Of a DNA stretch of 64,000 nucleotides, positions 47,724 through 57,816 are shown piece by piece. Every line of letters starts with the position of its first letter. Position 1 is the first letter of the stretch. Under the pieces are notes generated by a model, which had not been told where the DNA came from, did not search any database, and saw nothing but the letters and a program-made list of their open reading frames with translations. A program made the translations under genes and the position numbers. This DNA comes from Acidobacteriota bacterium (GTDB lineage: Bacteria > Acidobacteriota > Aminicenantia > S016-38): contig WFSJ01000025.1 of assembly GCA_015486055.1 (NCBI GenBank), positions 1,189 to 65,188 on the forward strand, in the 5' to 3' direction.

Positions 47724-49907
47724 TCACCTCGTTAAAATTCTTATTAATTCCCTGACCTCAGCTACTGAATCTAAGTTATAATTAGCTCTTGACGGGCTCA
47801 AACCTACCTTCAAAGAATATGAACTTTTAGGAAGAACATTAAAGATATCCTCATCTGTCCAATCATCTCCTATACAGAGGATAAAATCCCAATTATTTTT
47901 AGAAAGCCATTCTAATACAGCGCGGCCCTTGTTCACCCCTACAGGTTTTACCTCTATCACCTTATTGCCTTCCATCACTCCAAGATTTAGGTTTGCACTC
48001 AGGTGATAAAGAGCATCCTTCAGCTCACTAATCCTCACAGAGGATAATTTCATATCCGCCTTCCTATAATGCCAGACAAGAGAGAAATTCTTTTCTTCTA
48101 TAAAGGCTCCAGGTGTCCTATCCATGTATAATTCAAGGATTGGTCTGATTTCCTCTTTCCACTCACTTTGGAGCGGCTCTATGGTTTCCCAAGAACCTTT
48201 TCTCTTTTTTACCCACGCCCCGTGTTCAGCTATTAATCCAATATTCAAGGAGCTGAACCACTCATCTATAATTTTCTTATCTCTTCCGCTTGCAATTACT
48301 ATTTCGTTTTTCTTGTCTCTGGCAAGGGACTTTAACAATCTCAAAATTTCCCTATCTGGTTTAGCTTCTTCCGGCCTTCTCGCAAAAGGCACGAGAGTTC
48401 CATCATAATCAAGTATTATCAAACGATTCTTGCCCCTTCTATAAGATTCCAGGAGTTCCTCTCTCTTATTAGATGGAAATTTCCTCGCACGAAACTGCTT
48501 TTGAATATTTTTTATTTGAGAAAGACTACCTATAAAATCTTCAGCCCATCTAAAAATATCATAACGCTTAAGCCTACTTTGCATAATAAGATTTCTCTCT
48601 TCCTTTTCACTCTCAGGCATTGATAACGCCCTTTCTATGGCCTTTGCTATCTCTTCTCTGTTGTTCGGATTTACTATTATTGCTTCTCCAAGTTCAAAAG
48701 AAGCTCCTGCCATTTCACTCAAGATTAGGACTCCGTGTTTGTCTCTCTTTGCCGCTATAAACTCCTTTGCAATAAGGTTCATTCCATCCTTTAAGGGAGT
48801 TATAAGTCCCACATCAGCAATATTATACATAGCTACCAAAGTATAAAAAGAGAGAGCCCTGTAAAAATATCGGATGGGTGTCCAGCCTATTGTGCTATAC
48901 TTGCCGTTGATCTTTCCAATTAATTCGTCTACTTTATGTTTGAGATTTCTATACTGTTCTACTCTTGTTCGCGAAGGAACAGCAATAAGTATAAGTGTTA
49001 CCTTTTCTTTGTATTGAGGATTTTCTTCAAGGAAAAGGTCAAAGGCTTCAAGCCTTTCAGGAATGCCCTTTGTATAATCAAGTCTATCTATAGATAATAT
49101 CACCTTTTTCTCTTCCAATGTCTTCCTGAATCTATTAATTTCTTTCTGCACTCTGTTTTTCTCTAAAGCTTCTTCGAAACGGCGGTAATCAATTCCCATA
49201 GGGAAGGTATCTGTCTTTAATGTCCTGTTTCCTATGATCATCTGTCCAAGGGTATGTTCATAGTTCAAAATGCGGAGAATACAATCAAGAAAATGCTGAA
49301 CATAATCATAAATATGAAATCCTATGAGATCGGCTCCCAATAAGCCTTCAAGAATTTCCTTTCGGTTCGGAAGAAGTCTGAATATTTCATAAGGTGGAAA
49401 AGGTATGTGCAGAAAGAATCCAATTTTGGAATTCGGCAGTTTATCCCTTATCAACTTCGGAAGAAGCATAAGATGGTAATCATGTATCCAGATGGTATCA
49501 TCGGATTTCACATATTTCAGAATGTGGTCCAGAAATATCTTATTCACCCTTTTATACTCTCCCCATAGTTCCTTATCATAGATAACATACTGGGTAAAAC
49601 AGTGAAACAGAGGCCAGATAGTCTTATTACAGAATCCGTAGTAATACGACTCAACATTTTTTTTGGAGAGAAAAACTGGATAGTTATTGTATTGAGAAAT
49701 TAATTTTTCCTGAAGTTCCTCTTTTTCCTTACGATTGAGTTTTTCTATAGGAATACCAGGCCATCCAATCCAGATACTTTCATGAGTTTTAGAGAAAGAT
49801 ACAAGCCCTGTGGTTAATCCTCCTACACTTTGCCGGAAATGTAAGACTCCTTTCCTCTTTTCAACCACAGTAGGAAGACGATTGGAGACAATCATTATGC
49901 GGGACAA
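47724..49907 (-). CDS. Bifunctional trehalose-6-phosphate synthase/phosphatase (TPS-TPP fusion)
   Basis: VSNRLP, WIHDYHL, FLHIPFP, DRLDYTKG, DGMNLIAKE; C-terminal HAD LDYDGTL, AEHG, GDDWTDED. Confidence 0.95.
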   Translation of the reverse strand: MSRIMIVSNRLPTVVEKRKGVLHFRQSVGGLTTGLVSFSKTHESIWIGWPGIPIEKLNRKEKEELQEKLISQYNNYPVFLSKKNVESYYYGFCNKTIWPLFHCFTQYVIYDKELWGEYKRVNKIFLDHILKYVKSDDTIWIHDYHLMLLPKLIRDKLPNSKIGFFLHIPFPPYEIFRLLPNRKEILEGLLGADLIGFHIYDYVQHFLDCILRILNYEHTLGQMIIGNRTLKTDTFPMGIDYRRFEEALEKNRVQKEINRFRKTLEEKKVILSIDRLDYTKGIPERLEAFDLFLEENPQYKEKVTLILIAVPSRTRVEQYRNLKHKVDELIGKINGKYSTIGWTPIRYFYRALSFYTLVAMYNIADVGLITPLKDGMNLIAKEFIAAKRDKHGVLILSEMAGASFELGEAIIVNPNNREEIAKAIERALSMPESEKEERNLIMQSRLKRYDIFRWAEDFIGSLSQIKNIQKQFRARKFPSNKREELLESYRRGKNRLIILDYDGTLVPFARRPEEAKPDREILRLLKSLARDKKNEIVIASGRDKKIIDEWFSSLNIGLIAEHGAWVKKRKGSWETIEPLQSEWKEEIRPILELYMDRTPGAFIEEKNFSLVWHYRKADMKLSSVRISELKDALYHLSANLNLGVMEGNKVIEVKPVGVNKGRAVLEWLSKNNWDFILCIGDDWTDEDIFNVLPKSSYSLKVGLSPSRANYNLDSVAEVRELIRILTR

Positions 49908-50001
49908 TTTTCAAAACCCCATAGAAAAAGCATTACCGAACTTAAACAATACCTCATACAATATAATATCATTTTTAGACCCTGTGTAGCAATATGAAAA
50001 T

Positions 50002-53000
50002 CTAATGCTTACCGCTCAAAAGGAATGAAACTGTAGGGGCTATAATCAGTGTGCTCAGGGTTGCAGTTACAAGTCCTCCTATCACAGTTATGGAAAAGGG
50101 CTGGAATATCTTTGAACCCACTCCAATCCCAGTTGCTACAGGGATAATGGCAAAAATTGTCGTTGAGCTTGTCATAAGAATGGGTCTGAGCCTCACAGAA
50201 GCTGCTTCTCTAAGTGCCTGGGCGACTGAAATCCCGGAATTCATTCTCCTGTTTGCAAAGTCCAGAAGCACTATGGCATTGTTCACAGATATTCCCAGGA
50301 GGGTTATAACACCCATAGCCACTGAAATATCAATACCCTGACCTGTTATAAACAGGGTTAAAATGGCACCTACTATGGAAAATGGAGCAGTTATCATAAT
50401 TATCAAAGGTTGAATCCAAGAATGGAATTCAAGAGAAAGTATAAGATATATCAGAAAAATCGCTGCAAGGGCAACAAAAATAAGCTCCAATGCCCCTTTT
50501 ATAATATTTCTATACTGACCTGCTATCTCCACTCTGTATCCCGCTGGAAGATGTAATTTTGCAAATCTCTTCTTAAGATGATTCGCCACGCTGAGAACAT
50601 TTCCCTCCACCTCACCAAGAATTGTCATCTCCCTTTCTCCATTTATCCTTGTAAGTTGCGAGGGAAAACTATCCATTTTTATCTCAGCAAGCCTGCCAAG
50701 AGGAATCATTTCTCCTCTTGTTGTCCTTATGGGAAGCATTTTCAGATTGTCTATGGACTTTGTCCCATAATCAAGGTCTATAAGGACACTTATTTCTTCC
50801 TTCTGCTTCAATATCCTCGTCGCCTCAAGTCCCCAAAAAGCTGCTCGCAGGGTTAAAAGCAGTTCATTTAAATTAACTCCATACTGGGAAAGGCTGGAAC
50901 GGTTTATTCTCACAACAATTTCTGAGATCTTTGCCCTTGATGGATTGAAAATATTGGTTATAGAGCCTTCACTTTCCATAATTTTCTCAACTTTTCCAGC
51001 AATATCTGTAAGTCTGGAAAGTTTCTCTCCGTAAATTGTTACTGCAAAGAAAGATGATATTCCTGAAAGGCTCTCATCCATTTTCTCCTGAGTAGGCTGA
51101 TGATAAAGAAATGCTAACCCTTTGAACTGTGAATATTTCCTCTTGAGGGAGTCTATTATTTCATTTACATTTCGCTTGCGTTCCTTCTTAGCTTTCAACT
51201 TCATCAGGATTTCTCCCCTGTTTACTCCTTCTATTTGGTATCCAACCTCAGGGGACCCAGTTCTCCTGTAAACACAGGAAACATCAGGGTCTGCCATAGC
51301 TGTTCTGTCAAGCTCATCGCCTATACGATTGCTCTCTTTGAGGGAAGTTCCAGGGGGCATTATGTATTCTACAAGTATAGAACCCTCATCAATTGGGGGA
51401 AGAAGCCCAACTCTTTTTATAAAAACCGCAGATAACCCCGCCATGAAAAAAGCGAGGAGGGAAATTCCAATTATTTTCCAGGGATGAGTGAACGAATACC
51501 TCAGAACTTTATCCACCCATCCGGAGAACCCTGATAGAAATTTTTGCCCTGGGACTTTAATAGACTTTGCCTTTTCCTTCCTGAGAAGAACAGGAACAAG
51601 ACTGAGAGAAAGGACAAGAGAGGTTAAAAGAGCAATGCTTATTGTAAATCCAAATGGCCTCAAAAATAGCCCTATTATTCCGCCTACAACAGTAAGTGGA
51701 AGGAATGCAGCAACAGTTGTGAAAGTGCCAGAAGCATCTGGCCCTGCTATCTCCAAGGTTCCCTCTAAGCTTGCATCCTTTTCTTTTTCCCCTTTCTGAA
51801 TATGGCGGAATATGTTTTCTGTAACGACTATCGCATCATCCACTATCATTCCAACAGCTAAGGCAAGGGCTGAAAATGTGATAACATTTAGCCCCACCCC
51901 AAGATATTCCATAAGAGCAAGGGTGGTAAGCAGGGTTAGAGGAATTGTAGCTCCAACTATAAGGGTCAATTTTGTGTCTCCTGTGAAGATAAACAGAATC
52001 AGAATTGCAAGGACAGCCCCAACAAGAAGGTCATTTAATATTGTGTTCCTCGCTTCCCCTATTATTTCTGATTGGTCATAGAACTTCCTTATCCTGACCC
52101 CTGAGGGAACTTGCTTCCTGAACCTTTTAACTGCTTCCTCAACACCTTTCACTACACTTATTGTGCCTGCACCTGGCTGTTTCCTGACTATGAAGGCAAC
52201 TGCTGGAAAAGCATCTCCCATTATCTCATAGTGCCTTTTTACCTTTCCCTCATTAACTCTTACTATAGAACCAAGAAGAACCTTTCCATTCCCTGTTTTT
52301 ATGGGGATAGAAAGGATATCATCTATGCTCATAAGACGGGAATCTCCCCTGAGAGGATATTCCCTGGAACCTCTGCTGATATAACCTTCTGCTTTTGTTC
52401 TGTTGCTTTTTCTAATGCTCTCTTCAAGGTCTGAGATGCCGAAGTTAAACCTCAACATTTCTTCAGGCGGAACATGTATTATGTAAGCTCTCCTATCCCC
52501 TCCAAAAACTTCCACAAAGGAGACCCCCTGGATTCCCATAATCTGATTGCTCAGGTCATATCTCACCATCTTTCTGAGGTTTATCAGGCTTTCTCCTCCT
52601 CCGTAAATAACATAGCCTACTACCTCCTGAAGAGTTGTTCCTATATTTTCAAGTCTTGGAATAGCTTCCCGCGGCAGGATGCCTGAAAGAGAAGAAAGCC
52701 TTGCTTGAACGAGCTGGCGAGCTTCATTCACAGTAGTTCCAGAGGAAAATTCAACAGTTACCTTGGAGATACCCTGAGATGATACTGAAAGCACTCTTTT
52801 TACTCCCTGGATTCCCCTCAGTTCATTTTCAACGGATCTTGTTATCAATATCTCCATATCCTCAGGGGAAGCTCCGGGATAATGAGTTATAACATTTACT
52901 ATAGGAATATTAAGATTCGGGAAAAGCTCAACAGGCGTTTTGAAGATTGAATAAACACCTGCCAGAACTATGAGGGCCACAAAAATATCCATAACTCTTG

Positions 53001-53034
53001 GGTGTTTAATAAGCCAGTGTAAAGTTCCTCTCAA
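50002..53034 (-). CDS. RND efflux permease (AcrB/CusA superfamily)
   Basis: YPGASPEDME, GMIVDDAIVVTEN, RLRPILMT; 1010 aa. Confidence 0.93.
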   Translation of the reverse strand: MRGTLHWLIKHPRVMDIFVALIVLAGVYSIFKTPVELFPNLNIPIVNVITHYPGASPEDMEILITRSVENELRGIQGVKRVLSVSSQGISKVTVEFSSGTTVNEARQLVQARLSSLSGILPREAIPRLENIGTTLQEVVGYVIYGGGESLINLRKMVRYDLSNQIMGIQGVSFVEVFGGDRRAYIIHVPPEEMLRFNFGISDLEESIRKSNRTKAEGYISRGSREYPLRGDSRLMSIDDILSIPIKTGNGKVLLGSIVRVNEGKVKRHYEIMGDAFPAVAFIVRKQPGAGTISVVKGVEEAVKRFRKQVPSGVRIRKFYDQSEIIGEARNTILNDLLVGAVLAILILFIFTGDTKLTLIVGATIPLTLLTTLALMEYLGVGLNVITFSALALAVGMIVDDAIVVTENIFRHIQKGEKEKDASLEGTLEIAGPDASGTFTTVAAFLPLTVVGGIIGLFLRPFGFTISIALLTSLVLSLSLVPVLLRKEKAKSIKVPGQKFLSGFSGWVDKVLRYSFTHPWKIIGISLLAFFMAGLSAVFIKRVGLLPPIDEGSILVEYIMPPGTSLKESNRIGDELDRTAMADPDVSCVYRRTGSPEVGYQIEGVNRGEILMKLKAKKERKRNVNEIIDSLKRKYSQFKGLAFLYHQPTQEKMDESLSGISSFFAVTIYGEKLSRLTDIAGKVEKIMESEGSITNIFNPSRAKISEIVVRINRSSLSQYGVNLNELLLTLRAAFWGLEATRILKQKEEISVLIDLDYGTKSIDNLKMLPIRTTRGEMIPLGRLAEIKMDSFPSQLTRINGEREMTILGEVEGNVLSVANHLKKRFAKLHLPAGYRVEIAGQYRNIIKGALELIFVALAAIFLIYLILSLEFHSWIQPLIIMITAPFSIVGAILTLFITGQGIDISVAMGVITLLGISVNNAIVLLDFANRRMNSGISVAQALREAASVRLRPILMTSSTTIFAIIPVATGIGVGSKIFQPFSITVIGGLVTATLSTLIIAPTVSFLLSGKH

Positions 53035-54065
53035 CGATTGTTCTCCTTTCTAAAAGAATGAACAATGAGTATCCCAAAGCCTATCACAATAAGCAACAAT
53101 GCAAGTTCCAAACCATGTATTCTTAGAAAAGCATAGGTGTAGAGCCAGGCCGCATAAGTAAGGCGATCAATCCATTCGTAATCAGGGGAATGCAATCTCA
53201 CAACTTTTATGTTAAGTTTTTCTCCTTTAACACTCAGTTTCAGATAGTGAAAGAAGGAATGGCGAGGGTCAGTACCCCACAATTCAGCTCCAGCTCCGCC
53301 TGTTATTATATAAGGAATCCCTCCCCATTTGCCGGAGAAATAACTGTGAATGTGAGAAGTGAAGATATATGTTACCCTGTATTTTTTAAAGAGGCCAAGC
53401 AATTCTTCTGCAGTTTTCTTAGAAAGACAGTGATGGTGGATTCCTCCCCTCGGGTCGTAAAGAGGAATATGCATGAAAACAAGGCGATGAACACAATCCC
53501 GTGCATTTTTCAGCTCATTCTCAAGCCATTCCCTTTGCCAGAGGCCGAGACTTCCATTGGCATCATCTAAGACTATAAAACATGTCCTGCCTATTTTAAA
53601 AGAATAAAAAAATGGGCCAAAGATTTCATAATAAAGTCCTCGCCCATCCCCTTTTAGCTCATGATTTCCCATCGCAACAAGAAAAGGTTTATGGAAATTT
53701 CTTCTTATCTGCTTGAGAAAATAGCGATATTTCTCCTTTTCCCCATCATATACAAGGTCTCCTATGTCTATAGCAAAAGAAATTTGCCTGTCATTTTCAA
53801 TTTTCGTTAAGAGTTTTTCAAAAACAAAGTGACTGTTTTTATTGTCCCCGAATACAGCAAAGGAAAAATCTTCGGGGTTGGAAATTTTAATTTGCTTTAA
53901 ATTTATGCTGAGCCAATCATGGGCTGGTAAGGGTGAAAACTTATTCCAGACCTCAAGGAAAAGGAGCGCAATTATGGAGAGGGTAAACAGTGCAAATACA
54001 AAAGGAGATTTTTTTGCTGCCTCTTTAAGGAAGAAAATAAAATTTTTAACCCCTTTTTTTCTCAT
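53031..54065 (-). CDS. Membrane-anchored calcineurin-like metallophosphoesterase
   Basis: FGDN, IGDLV, GNHE, FMHIP, SHIH; N- and C-terminal hydrophobic segments. Confidence 0.88.
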   Translation of the reverse strand: MRKKGVKNFIFFLKEAAKKSPFVFALFTLSIIALLFLEVWNKFSPLPAHDWLSINLKQIKISNPEDFSFAVFGDNKNSHFVFEKLLTKIENDRQISFAIDIGDLVYDGEKEKYRYFLKQIRRNFHKPFLVAMGNHELKGDGRGLYYEIFGPFFYSFKIGRTCFIVLDDANGSLGLWQREWLENELKNARDCVHRLVFMHIPLYDPRGGIHHHCLSKKTAEELLGLFKKYRVTYIFTSHIHSYFSGKWGGIPYIITGGAGAELWGTDPRHSFFHYLKLSVKGEKLNIKVVRLHSPDYEWIDRLTYAAWLYTYAFLRIHGLELALLLIVIGFGILIVHSFRKENNR

Positions 54066-55150
54066 CAATCAGGGACCTTAAAAACTTTGTTAAAATTCTG
54101 ATTTATCAGTTCATAAGCACCGAGAATTGCGACCTTTTCCCTCTCTTTTAATCCTGAAATGACTTCAACATGCCCGTTATTTTTAAGACCAAGAATTACA
54201 GCCCTTTTCTCATATCTTCCTCCCTTCTGGACGAATATATAAGCTTTATTCCTGTAATACACCACTGCAGAGGCTGGAAGGGAGAGGGAGTTTTTATGAA
54301 TCTCAAGGATTAGTTTTCCCCTCACAGGTTCTCCTGGACTGAGCCCTGAATTAATTTCACTTCCCTCTATCCATACTACAAGCCCTCCTGAAGGTATATT
54401 TCCTGGAAAAGCTCTCTTCACCTTTCCTTTAAGCTTTTTACCCTCCGATGTTATTACAATAGCCTTCATTCCTATTGGAGATTTTAGAATTCTACTGAAT
54501 ATTCTGGCCTCTATTTTGAGGTTAGCGGGGTCAATCACCTCCCCGAGGATTTGTCCTTTCTCAACTTCCTGTCCTGCATTAACCTTTCTGGAGGCAAAAA
54601 TACCGTTAATTGTTGCCCTTACTTTTGTATTTTCCTCAAAAAGCCTCAGCTTCTTTTCTGCTGAGACAAGGGCACCTTTAATCTTTTGAGCATTTTCCTC
54701 TGCCTCCTTTAGCTTATCAAGAGATATTATTCTGGTTTTTACACCTTCCCTTCTCAAAGAAACAATCCTCATAGCAAGGGAATACCTCTTTTTAAGGGAT
54801 TTCGCTCTGGATTTCAGGATTTCCATTTCAGTAGAAATAACAGGGCCACCAAGCTGAAAAATAACTGTTCCTTTTTTTACCCTTTCCCCATCTCTTACTA
54901 ATATTGAATTTATCCTTCCGCTCTCCATGGAAATCAGCTTCACATCACTTTTGCTGAAAGTCAAGCCTAAAAATGGAATACTCCTTACGAAATCTCCACG
55001 AGAAGGATAACCTGTCTTTATAAAAGAAAGCTTGGTTTCGGAAAAATAGGACTTTATCTTCCGGGTATTATGCAATAGCACAAGGGAAAAAGCCCCTGCT
55101 ACGGCAAGAAAAACTATGATAATAATAACTTTTGTAGTTTTGGTTTTCAT
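54065..55150 (-). CDS. RND periplasmic adaptor (MFP)
   Basis: N-terminal TM; lipoyl halves GRINSILVRDGERVKKG and VRATINGI; LSLPASAV, VEVISGL. Start reassigned to MKTKTT. Confidence 0.88.
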   Translation of the reverse strand: MKTKTTKVIIIIVFLAVAGAFSLVLLHNTRKIKSYFSETKLSFIKTGYPSRGDFVRSIPFLGLTFSKSDVKLISMESGRINSILVRDGERVKKGTVIFQLGGPVISTEMEILKSRAKSLKKRYSLAMRIVSLRREGVKTRIISLDKLKEAEENAQKIKGALVSAEKKLRLFEENTKVRATINGIFASRKVNAGQEVEKGQILGEVIDPANLKIEARIFSRILKSPIGMKAIVITSEGKKLKGKVKRAFPGNIPSGGLVVWIEGSEINSGLSPGEPVRGKLILEIHKNSLSLPASAVVYYRNKAYIFVQKGGRYEKRAVILGLKNNGHVEVISGLKEREKVAILGAYELINQNFNKVFKVPD

Positions 55151-55151
55151 C

Positions 55152-56552
55152 TTATCCTCCAGTTTTCCTTCTTGAAGCTCTGCTATCTCTAAAAGGCAAA
55201 TATCTCCCAGAGACAAGCTCAAGGGCCAATGCAAGGTCACTGAGGTTTTCTTTCAGCCTCAGAAGGGATAATTTCTGTTCAATAAGTTCCTTCCTTGCAG
55301 AGTAAAAGGAGAAGATGTCCGATTCTCCTTTCGCCGAAGCATCTTTTAGGACTGAAACAAGGTGAGCTTGTGCTTTTATATAATTTTCCTTAGTGTGTAT
55401 TCTGGATCTGAGGAATTTCATATCTTTTATAATCTCTACAACTTTCGAACGGACTTCAAAAACTCTAAAGTTATATTCATCATACAATTTTTTTCTTGTG
55501 GCCTTTTCAAGCTCAATTTTACCCCTTTTCCTATTAAAAAAAGGCATCTCAATAGAAACCCCAAAGTTAGAAGTTAACACATTCTCAACATCCATTGCAC
55601 GGGCAAACTTAATGCTTAGTCCCGGGAACTGGGAAAGAACTGCTGCTCTCAATCTTGCCTCCTGACTCTTGTAGCCAATCCTGAGGGCAAGAAGATCAAG
55701 GCGACGGTTTTCAATACCCCTGAGAACCTGTGCGCTGCGAGGAAGACTGCCCCAGCGGGAAAAGTTAACTTCTTCCTGGAGAGACAACATTTTCCCTGGT
55801 GGAATCCCTATTGTTCTGTTTAGAGCAAGTCTCTCTCTTTCATTTTCGTTTTTCAGATTTATGAGAGCGAGCTTCACTCTTTGACATTCTCTCCTTGCAA
55901 TTTCCATGTCTTTGCAATTTTTTCCACCTATCTTCAGAGCCTTTACTATTAATTTCAGGTTCCTTCTTAAAAGGCTTCCTTCTTCCATAACTAAAGGGAG
56001 CATCTTCCCTATCCAGAAAAGGCGTAAGGCATGCAACTTTGCAGCCTCAGCAACCTGCCATTCTTTCCAGGCTATAGAAATTTCAACGGATTTAAGTCTT
56101 GATTTCGCCTCATCTATTTTCGCCCCCCTCGATATGAGCGAAGATAAACCAAAATTTATCCCAAATTCAAAACCCTTAACAGCTTCTTCTTTCCTGCCTC
56201 CTATGGGCTTTTCAAAACCATAGGAAAAAGAGGGGTTGGGAATAAGCCCTGCCTGAATTAATTGAGCCTTCACTATGCCCATTTGGTCACGGACTGCCCT
56301 CAGTTCAGGATTTCCTGCAACAGCAAGAAGAGCAGCTTCATCAGGGGAAATTCCATCTCTCAAATCAATCCTTACAGGCTTCAAAATGGGGTGATTGATC
56401 TTTTTCGCCATTATTTCAAGCTTGCTTATCCTGGGAACAGGTGAGTTCTTCTCAAGCAGAAGAGGATGATAAACTGCACAGCCAGCAAGGAAAAAAATCA
56501 AAAAAGCAGTGGGAAGAAGACACTTTAAAAACTTAGTTAAGCTTTCTTGCAT
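55152..56552 (-). CDS. TolC-family outer membrane efflux lipoprotein
   Basis: Lipobox LAG-C; NPELRA, AGLIPNP, RRLDL, PFFNRKRG. Confidence 0.88.
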   Translation of the reverse strand: MQESLTKFLKCLLPTAFLIFFLAGCAVYHPLLLEKNSPVPRISKLEIMAKKINHPILKPVRIDLRDGISPDEAALLAVAGNPELRAVRDQMGIVKAQLIQAGLIPNPSFSYGFEKPIGGRKEEAVKGFEFGINFGLSSLISRGAKIDEAKSRLKSVEISIAWKEWQVAEAAKLHALRLFWIGKMLPLVMEEGSLLRRNLKLIVKALKIGGKNCKDMEIARRECQRVKLALINLKNENERERLALNRTIGIPPGKMLSLQEEVNFSRWGSLPRSAQVLRGIENRRLDLLALRIGYKSQEARLRAAVLSQFPGLSIKFARAMDVENVLTSNFGVSIEMPFFNRKRGKIELEKATRKKLYDEYNFRVFEVRSKVVEIIKDMKFLRSRIHTKENYIKAQAHLVSVLKDASAKGESDIFSFYSARKELIEQKLSLLRLKENLSDLALALELVSGRYLPFRDSRASRRKTGG

Positions 56553-56691
56553 ATTTGAAATTTACTCGCATCGAATTTCCCTGTCAAGCTTTTGGAAAAA
56601 ATGCTATTGTAACCCTTTTCATACCAGAATTTATTGATTTATTGTATGGTATAATTTTGTTTAAGAAAATCACTAAATATTGAAGGTTCTT

Positions 56692-56895
56692 ATGAAAGAA
56701 TGCAAATGGTATCCTGTTTGTCCAATCAAAAGATTTTACGAAGAGGGAAAAATAGATAGGAAGTGGGTGGAGCTTTACTGCAAAGGAAATTGGAAAAGGT
56801 GTGTGCGATACCAAATGGAAGAAGCAGGGGAACCTCATTCGGACTGTATGCTTCCAAACGGAGCTATAGACGAGAAACTATGTAGAGAAAAATAA
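56692..56895 (+). CDS. Small Cys-rich protein, unknown function
   Basis: MKECKWYPVCP...YCKGNWKRCVRY...DCMLPNG; 67 aa, likely metal-binding. Confidence 0.7.
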   Translation: MKECKWYPVCPIKRFYEEGKIDRKWVELYCKGNWKRCVRYQMEEAGEPHSDCMLPNGAIDEKLCREK

Positions 56896-56941
56896 GCCAA
56901 TTAACTGAAAATCAGCATTAGAATTCCTCTATTAAGGTATT

Positions 56942-57021
56942 AAGGATTTTCAGATTAGTCTTTCTTCTCATATTGGTTAGAACAGATGACGTGATTATCT
57001 TACAGGGAATTCTTGACGAAA
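56942..57021 (+). repeat. 80-bp direct repeat, copy 1
   Basis: AAGGATTTTCAGATTAGTC...GGGAATTCTTGACGAAA, identical to 57817-57896. Confidence 0.95.
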
Positions 57022-57041
57022 AGAGCAAGAGGGGATATTAT
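57013..57041 (+). promoter_or_regulatory. Putative promoter of the MNT-HEPN operon
   Basis: TTGACG, 17 nt, TATTAT, then AAGGAG SD and ATG 57057. Confidence 0.55.
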
Positions 57042-57056
57042 AACAAAGGAGAAGAG

Positions 57057-57371
57057 ATGAAAAAGCGGGAAAGGATAAAGAAAACGATTTTAAAGACAGC
57101 GGAAGAGGAAGGGCTTACAGTCTCTCGTATAATCCTCTTTGGCTCAAGAGCGAGGGGGGAGGCAAAGCGAGACAGCGATTGGGATGTTCTTGTTGTTGTA
57201 GAAGAACATGTTGGCAGAAAGAAAAAGTGGGAACTGGCTGCGGAAATTAGATGCCGTTTAAGAGATATTCCTATAGATGTTCTTATAAAAACAAAGGGTG
57301 AGCTTAAAAAATACGAGAACTTCTATGGAACAGCTACGAGAGAAGCATTAAAAGAAGGAGTGGCTCTTTGA
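57057..57371 (+). CDS. Minimal nucleotidyltransferase (MNT), putative antitoxin
   Basis: ILFGSRARGEAKRDSDWDVLVV, PIDVL. Confidence 0.92.
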   Translation: MKKRERIKKTILKTAEEEGLTVSRIILFGSRARGEAKRDSDWDVLVVVEEHVGRKKKWELAAEIRCRLRDIPIDVLIKTKGELKKYENFYGTATREALKEGVAL

Positions 57372-57772
57372 TAGATGAAAGAGTGGAAAAATGGCTCCAA
57401 AAAGCCCTTAATGACTTGGAGGCTGCGAAGCATCTTTTAAAAGTCTCTCCTCCAGAGGAAATTGTGACAGAAGCTGTTTGCTTCCATTCTCAGCAGGCTG
57501 TAGAAAAATTTCTAAAAGCTTTTTTGACTTCCTATAATATCCCTTTTGGAAGAACTCATCATCTTGAATATATAGTAAATCTTGCCTCAAAGGTTGAGGC
57601 TTCCATTTTAAGTTTTTTGGAAGATATGAAAAAGCTCGCACCTTACGCTGTTGAGGTGCGCTATCCCGACGATTTTTACGAACCAACATTAAAAGAGACA
57701 AAAGAAGTTTATGAAATAGCTCTCAAGGTGAAGAAATTTGTCTTACAAAAGATAGGGCAAAATAGAAAGTGA
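57368..57772 (+). CDS. HEPN domain protein, putative toxin partner
   Basis: WLQKALNDL, CFHSQQAVEKFLKA, RTHHL, VRYP; TTGA overlap with MNT. Confidence 0.92.
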   Translation: MIDERVEKWLQKALNDLEAAKHLLKVSPPEEIVTEAVCFHSQQAVEKFLKAFLTSYNIPFGRTHHLEYIVNLASKVEASILSFLEDMKKLAPYAVEVRYPDDFYEPTLKETKEVYEIALKVKKFVLQKIGQNRK

Positions 57773-57816
57773 AGCATAACCGAAAGATTCGGAAAGAGAT
57801 GTTATTTCCGCTGTGA

